Shown here: piece after piece, positions 48,464-54,547 of the stretch
Position numbering within the stretch: position 1 is the first letter of the stretch
Layout of the letters: every line of letters starts with the position of its first letter
Source: Candidatus Cloacimonadota bacterium
GTDB taxonomy: Bacteria; Cloacimonadota; Cloacimonadia; Cloacimonadales; Cloacimonadaceae
DNA: 54,547 nt
Assembly (NCBI GenBank): GCA_029565595.1
Contig: JAKQNV010000159.1
Span: 1-54,547, forward strand
Direction: 5' to 3'
Notes under the pieces: generated by a model
What the model saw: only the letters and a program-made list of their open reading frames with translations
Database searches by the model: none
What the model was told of the DNA's origin: nothing
Translations under genes and position numbers: made by a program

Positions 48464-51400
48464 ATGAAAACCGTGTTTGTCTCATTGGTTTCGCTGCTTC
48501 TGTTCACGCTGCTGTGGAGCGCGCCCTTGCGCAATGTACCCACCGTCCTGGAGCAACCGGACGGAAGCAAGTATCCCTGCTTTATGACGGGCGACGAATA
48601 CTACCACCGCGCCCACGACGCCAACGGCTTCACGATCATCAAAAACCTGGAAACGGGCTGGAACGTTTACGCGCAGAAACTGGGCCCGGATCTTTCGCCC
48701 ACAACTTACATCCCCGGAAAGGACGATCCCGCCGCCCGCGGCCTGGTTCCCAACCTGATGCCAGACGAGTCCATACTCAGGCAAAGAGTCCAGAACTGGC
48801 GCGGCATCGGTCGTGACAAATACGGCCGCGCTCCCACCATCGGCGCCATCGAAAACATCTGCATCTTTGTCCGCTTTGCCGGGGAAACTGAGTTCGGGGA
48901 CGCTCTCCAACTCTACGGCGACATGCACAACTCCAGCATCCAAGCCTCACTACGTGGATATTTCCTGGAAGAAAGCGCCGGACAACTGACCGTGAACAGC
49001 ACATTCTATCCCACCGCGCCCGGAACCATGGTGCTATCCTGGCAGGACGCCAACCCCCGGAATTACTATTATCCGCAGTCCCCCTCCAATCCCATCGGCT
49101 ATCCGCCCGGCCCGGTTGCGGATCCGGACCGCTTTGGCTGGATCCGGCTGCACACGATGTTCGCCAATGTGGTGAATTTTATCGCTCCCATGATCCCGCC
49201 TGGACTGATCATCGACGCGGACGGAGACGCGCAGGTGGACAATGTCAGTTTCATTTGCCGCGGTGCCGCCGATGCCACCAGTGCCCTGTTCTGGCCGCAT
49301 TCCTGGCAGATGAACACCTACCCCGCCGTTCCGTTGGCCTTCATCAACATGTTCCAGGCTGTGGATTACAACTTCAATCTGCAATATCCGGATCCTATGT
49401 ATGTGGGCTATGGTGGAGGCATCGATCCAGCCTTGGTCTGCCACGAATTCTCGCACACACTCGGCTTTCCTGATCTCTACCATTACACCTGGAGCGGCGT
49501 CAATCCCTGCGGCTACTGGGATCTGATGGATACCTGCTACCAAGTTCCGCAACACCATCTGGCCTATATGAAATGGAAATACGGAGGCTGGTTTGCCACG
49601 GCACCTATGCTGCCAGCGTCGGGAGCTTGCGCCTTGAGCGCGGTGTACAGCAATCCCTTCAGTTGTTACAGGTATTTCATGCCCACCGGAGAGGAGATCT
49701 GGATGGAATACAGGAAGGCCCTGGGCTATTATGAAACCAGGGTACCCAATTCCGGCCTGATCTTTTACCGGGTGGACCAGGCATATTATCCTTGGGGAAA
49801 TGGTGGCGGGCCGCCGGACGAAGTGTATGTTTACCGGCCCTACGTTCCATCGTCCCCGCCTGACGGGAACATCAACTGGGCAGCCTTCGCCTGGGAACAG
49901 TCCATGACGGCCTTCAACCAGTCGACTGACCCCAATCCCTTCTCGCAAAGCATGCCGGGCTTCGTTGCCCCGCTGAACATCCACAGCATCGAAACAAACA
50001 CAGGACCGCAGATGAATTTCGTCGTCGGAACAGTGATACCCGTGATCTGGAGAGGCACAACGGACACCAACTGGTATAATCCGCTCAACTGGAGCACCGG
50101 CATGGTTCCCACCGCGACAGATTTCGTGATCATCCCGCCGGTGGGGGGCTGGTTCCAATGCCAGGTACCGCTGTTGCCCATGCCCGCCGTGTGTATGGAC
50201 CTGAGAAACGAATTTATGCTCACAGTCCTACCGGCCGGGACGCTGCAAGTGGGCAACAATTTCACCTCCATCGGCCGCTTCTTCCAGGATGGCTTCACGC
50301 AGGTTACTGGTAATTTCACAATAAGTAATTGGTACGCCGGATCTTGGTTGCAATGCACTTCCAACCCCGGCGCGCAACTGACCATCGGCGGCAACTGTAC
50401 CTTCGATCCCGGAACCCAGATCCAGATGCAGGTGGGGCAACTGATCTTCGCCAATATCGGCGTCTCACCACCGATTTCCACCTTCGTATCCAATTCGTGG
50501 GGCGCAGTGCTGTTTGACCTGGTGGTCAACAAAACCGGGACAACCTTAGATTATACTTCAATGTTCCCGGGTATGCCCATCAATATACTAGGATCGCTCA
50601 ACATTTTGGTCAACTCCACATTTATCGTCCGCGCTCCGCACTTCATAAACATCACAGGAAACTTAACTTCCAATCCCCCTGGAGTGCTGCAGGTCCAGGA
50701 CGTCCAGAACATCTGCACTTTTGTGTTCGTGGGCCCGCCCGGATTGCAGACGATCAATATGCTCGGCGCCAGTTACCTACTCCACCTGGACGTGCAGAAC
50801 AACGCCGCCCCCATGCTGGCCAGCAGCCTCGACGTCCGAGGTAATTTCACCATTACTTTGGGGACCTTCATCGCCAATAACAACTTCATCTTCGTCCGCG
50901 GCAACTGGACCAACAACGTGGGCCTCGGCGGCTTCCAGAAAGGGACCTCGCGCGTGGTTTTCTGCGCTCCGGCGGTCGACCAAACGATCACCGTGTTGGG
51001 AACAATCGGTGCAGCCATCGAAAATTTCTATATCCTGGAACTGAACAAGGCCGCGGGATCGCTGAATATGAATACAGCCATGCAACAGGTCCAATGCGAT
51101 TTCTACGATTGGAACAGCGGCATGCTAAAAGTCACCGACGGCTTGTTCACCGCGCTTTCCCTGCTCGATAACTGCGTGAGAGGCAATTTTACCTGCAATT
51201 TCCCGGGGATGATGAACCTGACCGACACCTCCGGCAATGGCGACCTTTATGCCAATCTGCTGATCCTTGGGGGCACCATAACCGTCCTCTGTCCCACTGC
51301 CGGGGCGGGATCGCTCTCCAACTGGGGACTCAATCCCGGCTCGTTGCAGATGAACGGCGGCACTCTGATCTACCAGAACTGCGGGATCAGCATCCAGCCG

Positions 51401-53503
51401 GGCAGCACATTCAGCGCCAACATCACCAGCGGGGCCATGATCCAGGTGGCCGGGGACTTCTACGTGCAACGCCCGGAATTTGCTCCCACCAGCGGCGTAG
51501 TCTATGTCAACAGCCCCTTCCCGCCTGCCAACGTGGGCACGAGCAGCGGAGGAGCCTTCTTTGACCTGCGCCTGGGTACCAGCGTTACGAACACAAGTTC
51601 TGCGGTCTTGGTGAATGGAACATTGTTCGTGAGCGGTTCATGTGTGTTCAATGTCTCCAGTCCCCTCACCGTGAATGGCAATCTCCAATTGACTGGCATC
51701 CTGAACATGACAGCTCCGGTTGCGGCGGTGGTCCAGGGAACAGCCGGTTTTCCCGCCGGATCCCTTTTAGACGTGCGCAATGCTAACTTCACCCTCGCAG
51801 GGCAGTATTCGATAACGCTGGACGGCATGATCATGATCGAGAACGGCTGGCTGGACGCGACAAACCATCCCATCACCATCAGTCCCACCGGTTCGATCGT
51901 GTTTGGCGCCGGAGGCAGCGGCTTCACCGGCAAGCTGAGTTGCGCGACCGTCACCGCCAATACAGGCGGGACCTTCGTTCAGAACGTGGGCACCCTGGAA
52001 CTGAAAGGCAATGTACCGGCCATGGTGTACGCCATGTCATTCGCCAGCGGTAATTGGGTCAACAACCTGATAGTGAATCACCTGACATCCGTCCAACTGA
52101 TGACCAACCTGCTTATTAAAGGCAACCTGCAAATAACCAGCGGCCAATTGGTGATGGACAACACTGGCAGGACGATCGCCATCCAGGGCTCATGGACAAA
52201 CAGCCTGCCGGGGACGGGATTTGTCAAAGGCACCAGCATCGTGGACTTTTCCGGTTCCGGTACGGCCAGCATTTCCACCAGCGGCGCTGCGGAGCAATTC
52301 TACGCACTGAATGTCTCCAGCGGCACTCTGATCCTGATGAACAATGTCAGCGCTTCCAACGTTCTCAACATCGGCTCCGCCACGCTGCAAGTCAATGGCA
52401 AGACATTAAGCGTAGTCGGCAACACTACAGTCAATACCGGCGGGCTCCTGGATCTCGATTCCGGCTCCGTGATGGAGACCGGCAATTCCAAACAGGTGAT
52501 CATCATTGGCTCCCTGCAAAGCATCGGGGTGGCCGGAAATCTGGCCACCATGCGCGGCCAAGCGGGTGCTAACTGGAATCTGATCGCCCAAGCGGGAAGC
52601 AATATCGCCGCGAAATATACCGACTTCCGGCATCTGCGCAGCACCGGCGTAACCGTCTTAAACGGCGCCACAGTCAACACTGCGTCAGACTTTGACAACT
52701 GCGTCTTCCGCGATGGCGCTTCCAGCGCGACCTTCCTGACGGTGAACAACAACCAGACCTTGAACATCACCGGCATCTCCTTCCCCACCTCGATCAGCGG
52801 AGGTTACAACATCGCCAAGACCGTCAATGCCGGTACGGTAAACGTCCTCTCATCCAGCGGCAGCTTCGCCGGACCGCTTTACGAGAACGATGCCTACGCC
52901 CGCATCAACTGGACCGGATACGATCCCAACCTGATCGTGCAGACCTTCACGGTGTCCAGTACCGATCCCTACGTTGCGGACCAGGTTTCCTACAGCGTCG
53001 TGATCAAGAACGATTCTGCCAATCCCGTGCAAACGCCTTTCAAGATCCATCTCTTCAAAAACCGGGCCACAGCTCCCGGCTGGACGGAAACGGGCGACTA
53101 CAACTACACTTGCCCCACCCTCTTGCCTGGAGCGACCTGCAGCCATACTTTCACGGGCGTGTTTTCCATGACCGCGGGCGCCTGGACTTCCTGGTTGCTC
53201 ATCGATCCAGAGGGCGCAATCCAGGAAACCAACGAGACCGACAACATCGATTCCGAAGTCCTCACCTGGCACGCCCTGCCCGCGGTCTCTTCCATGTCCT
53301 TCAGCAAAACCGGTAGTTCAACCGGAAGGCTCAGCTGGACCTATTCCATCTGGGTTTCCCGCTACAAGGTCTACGATTCGAACGATCCCTACGGCACCTA
53401 CAGCCAGATCGGATCGACCACCAACACCTATTACGACGTAACGCTGGGCTCAACCATGCGTTTCTACCTGGTCAAGGCAGAACGCGACGCACCGGCCAAA
53501 TAA
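48464..53503 (+). CDS. Large secreted M6 (immune inhibitor A-like) metalloprotease with beta-helix-like repeats, a CARDB-like domain and a C-terminal FN3-like domain (1679 aa)
   Basis: GGAGG RBS; signal peptide; propeptide QPDG...GDEY; WPH; zinc motif HEFSHTLGFPDLY; WDLM Met-turn; CARDB-like IDP.G.I.ETNETDN. Confidence 0.85.
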   Translation: MKTVFVSLVSLLLFTLLWSAPLRNVPTVLEQPDGSKYPCFMTGDEYYHRAHDANGFTIIKNLETGWNVYAQKLGPDLSPTTYIPGKDDPAARGLVPNLMPDESILRQRVQNWRGIGRDKYGRAPTIGAIENICIFVRFAGETEFGDALQLYGDMHNSSIQASLRGYFLEESAGQLTVNSTFYPTAPGTMVLSWQDANPRNYYYPQSPSNPIGYPPGPVADPDRFGWIRLHTMFANVVNFIAPMIPPGLIIDADGDAQVDNVSFICRGAADATSALFWPHSWQMNTYPAVPLAFINMFQAVDYNFNLQYPDPMYVGYGGGIDPALVCHEFSHTLGFPDLYHYTWSGVNPCGYWDLMDTCYQVPQHHLAYMKWKYGGWFATAPMLPASGACALSAVYSNPFSCYRYFMPTGEEIWMEYRKALGYYETRVPNSGLIFYRVDQAYYPWGNGGGPPDEVYVYRPYVPSSPPDGNINWAAFAWEQSMTAFNQSTDPNPFSQSMPGFVAPLNIHSIETNTGPQMNFVVGTVIPVIWRGTTDTNWYNPLNWSTGMVPTATDFVIIPPVGGWFQCQVPLLPMPAVCMDLRNEFMLTVLPAGTLQVGNNFTSIGRFFQDGFTQVTGNFTISNWYAGSWLQCTSNPGAQLTIGGNCTFDPGTQIQMQVGQLIFANIGVSPPISTFVSNSWGAVLFDLVVNKTGTTLDYTSMFPGMPINILGSLNILVNSTFIVRAPHFINITGNLTSNPPGVLQVQDVQNICTFVFVGPPGLQTINMLGASYLLHLDVQNNAAPMLASSLDVRGNFTITLGTFIANNNFIFVRGNWTNNVGLGGFQKGTSRVVFCAPAVDQTITVLGTIGAAIENFYILELNKAAGSLNMNTAMQQVQCDFYDWNSGMLKVTDGLFTALSLLDNCVRGNFTCNFPGMMNLTDTSGNGDLYANLLILGGTITVLCPTAGAGSLSNWGLNPGSLQMNGGTLIYQNCGISIQPGSTFSANITSGAMIQVAGDFYVQRPEFAPTSGVVYVNSPFPPANVGTSSGGAFFDLRLGTSVTNTSSAVLVNGTLFVSGSCVFNVSSPLTVNGNLQLTGILNMTAPVAAVVQGTAGFPAGSLLDVRNANFTLAGQYSITLDGMIMIENGWLDATNHPITISPTGSIVFGAGGSGFTGKLSCATVTANTGGTFVQNVGTLELKGNVPAMVYAMSFASGNWVNNLIVNHLTSVQLMTNLLIKGNLQITSGQLVMDNTGRTIAIQGSWTNSLPGTGFVKGTSIVDFSGSGTASISTSGAAEQFYALNVSSGTLILMNNVSASNVLNIGSATLQVNGKTLSVVGNTTVNTGGLLDLDSGSVMETGNSKQVIIIGSLQSIGVAGNLATMRGQAGANWNLIAQAGSNIAAKYTDFRHLRSTGVTVLNGATVNTASDFDNCVFRDGASSATFLTVNNNQTLNITGISFPTSISGGYNIAKTVNAGTVNVLSSSGSFAGPLYENDAYARINWTGYDPNLIVQTFTVSSTDPYVADQVSYSVVIKNDSANPVQTPFKIHLFKNRATAPGWTETGDYNYTCPTLLPGATCSHTFTGVFSMTAGAWTSWLLIDPEGAIQETNETDNIDSEVLTWHALPAVSSMSFSKTGSSTGRLSWTYSIWVSRYKVYDSNDPYGTYSQIGSTTNTYYDVTLGSTMRFYLVKAERDAPAK

Positions 53504-53519
53504 CATGCATTGATCGAGT

Positions 53520-53556
53520 CCTGGAGTCCAGCGAGTTTGGGCTCCAGGTTTTTTTT
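53520..53556 (+). terminator. Intrinsic terminator
   Basis: Stem CCTGGAGTCCA/TGGGCTCCAGG followed by T8. Confidence 0.8.
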
Positions 53557-53697
53557 GTCTGCAAATGCAGCTCGCTTCAGACTAATAATCACCGGCACCC
53601 ATCAGTATTGGTGCCCTGATGTATGGATACTCATCCCCTTTTTCATTGACGCCAACGCCGCGCCTCAATTTGTGGATTCAAAGACCGAACAAGGTGA

Positions 53698-54195
53698 ATG
53701 ATGAAAAAGATATTGCTGATCGCGCTCCTGGCAGTTACTGCCGCCATGCTTTCCGCCCAAAGCGGGCTCTTTGGCATTTCCTACGACGACGACCTGAACA
53801 CCGCCGACTCTTTGATGTCGCAGCAAGGCTTCGTGGCCGGGGAAGTGGAGGGTAACATGGTCAAGTACTACTCCGATTACAACAAACTTGTGGACAGCGT
53901 GGTCCTCTTCGTGGATCCGTCCACTGAGGCTGTGGCGGGCTGGTTCGTGATGTATAGCAAGGAAAACACCAAGGAGCAGGACGACTACGTGATCACGCGG
54001 CTGCACGATTTGCATGGGGAGGGCGTGCAATACGACGCCGAACGGGAGCAATTTATCTGGCCTTTGACCGACACGCGGATGGTTCAGCTCCAATATGTCG
54101 GTTCCGGCAATCTCTGTGTCCTCTACTACGATTCGGCCTATCCCACTATCTTCGAACTGCCGCTTTCCTCGCAGCGAAAAAACACCAGCCAGTAA
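53698..54195 (+). CDS. Secreted hypothetical protein
   Basis: Signal peptide MKKILLIALLAVTAAMLSA and an AAGGTG RBS. No family recognised. Confidence 0.7.
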   Translation: MMKKILLIALLAVTAAMLSAQSGLFGISYDDDLNTADSLMSQQGFVAGEVEGNMVKYYSDYNKLVDSVVLFVDPSTEAVAGWFVMYSKENTKEQDDYVITRLHDLHGEGVQYDAEREQFIWPLTDTRMVQLQYVGSGNLCVLYYDSAYPTIFELPLSSQRKNTSQ

Positions 54196-54436
54196 AAGCG
54201 ACTTTATACCGGAGGCAATGGCGGATCCTGGCAGGAGCGGGGATGGTCGGTCTTTATGGAATAAAATATTATTCCTCTCATCCAGCGGATACCGACGCGA
54301 TCAGTCATTTTCGAACACACCTACTAAACGGCTGGGAATTGCGTTTCCGCTTGACAAATAGTGCCTTGCCAAAAGATTGGAAGTTCTGCTAAATCATAAC
54401 TAAAAGAATAGATCACAGCATCTTAGGGAGTTTAAC

Positions 54437-54547
54437 ATGAAAACAGGCGGCTGCAGATTTGGAACCCACCGCGTTATCGAACCCAAGGGCGTGCTGCCCC
54501 AGCCCGCGAGAGTTTTGGACAACGACATGAGCGAGATCTGGGACAAC
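54437..54547 (+). CDS. kdd: L-erythro-3,5-diaminohexanoate dehydrogenase, N-terminal fragment (lysine fermentation)
   Basis: GGGAG RBS. Translates as MKTGGCRFGTHRVIEPKGVLPQPARVLDNDMSEIWDN, matching the GTHRVIEPKGVLPQPA N-terminus of Kdd. Truncated by the window end. Confidence 0.8.
   Translation, partial: MKTGGCRFGTHRVIEPKGVLPQPARVLDNDMSEIWDN

Noticed and set aside
54200-54430. Lysine riboswitch upstream of kdd
   Set aside because: The conserved AGAGG-GC, loop E and kissing-loop elements are not recognisable, and most of the region lies upstream of the likely promoter.

Overview
This 54.5-kb window is a gene-dense chromosomal segment from an anaerobic, amino-acid-fermenting diderm bacterium. 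The gene content (kdd, kbl, long-type hutU, PPi-PFK, ferredoxin-fused EtfA, secreted proteins with FlgD/T9SS-like C-terminal domains) suggests Cloacimonadota (WWE1); this is inference. Most genes are housekeeping or metabolic: hutU, UGPase, folA, glnS, dnaX, pfp, gdhA, ygiQ, csp, ddl, secG, kbl, rsmI, addAB-like, queE, etfA and the start of kdd. There are also several large secreted proteins. I see no CRISPR array, rRNA, prophage or intact transposase. The most notable observations are: (1) an MCE/Mla ABC operon whose PqiC-like lipoprotein is fused to about 500 extra residues ending in a probable outer-membrane beta-barrel; (2) a tRNA-Leu with the rare bacterial anticodon AAG (A34) next to secG; (3) an uncharacterised three-gene envelope module (secreted protein, FecR-domain protein, beta-barrel) with no ECF sigma factor; (4) a 39-bp inverted repeat built from phased 11-bp GATC-containing units; (5) a C-terminal ~70-aa domain shared by two unrelated secreted proteases; (6) an intrinsic terminator whose U-tract abuts the ygiQ start codon directly downstream of a cold-shock gene; and (7) an orphan ferredoxin-EtfA coupled to queE. 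All calls come from motif recognition by eye; no searches were run.
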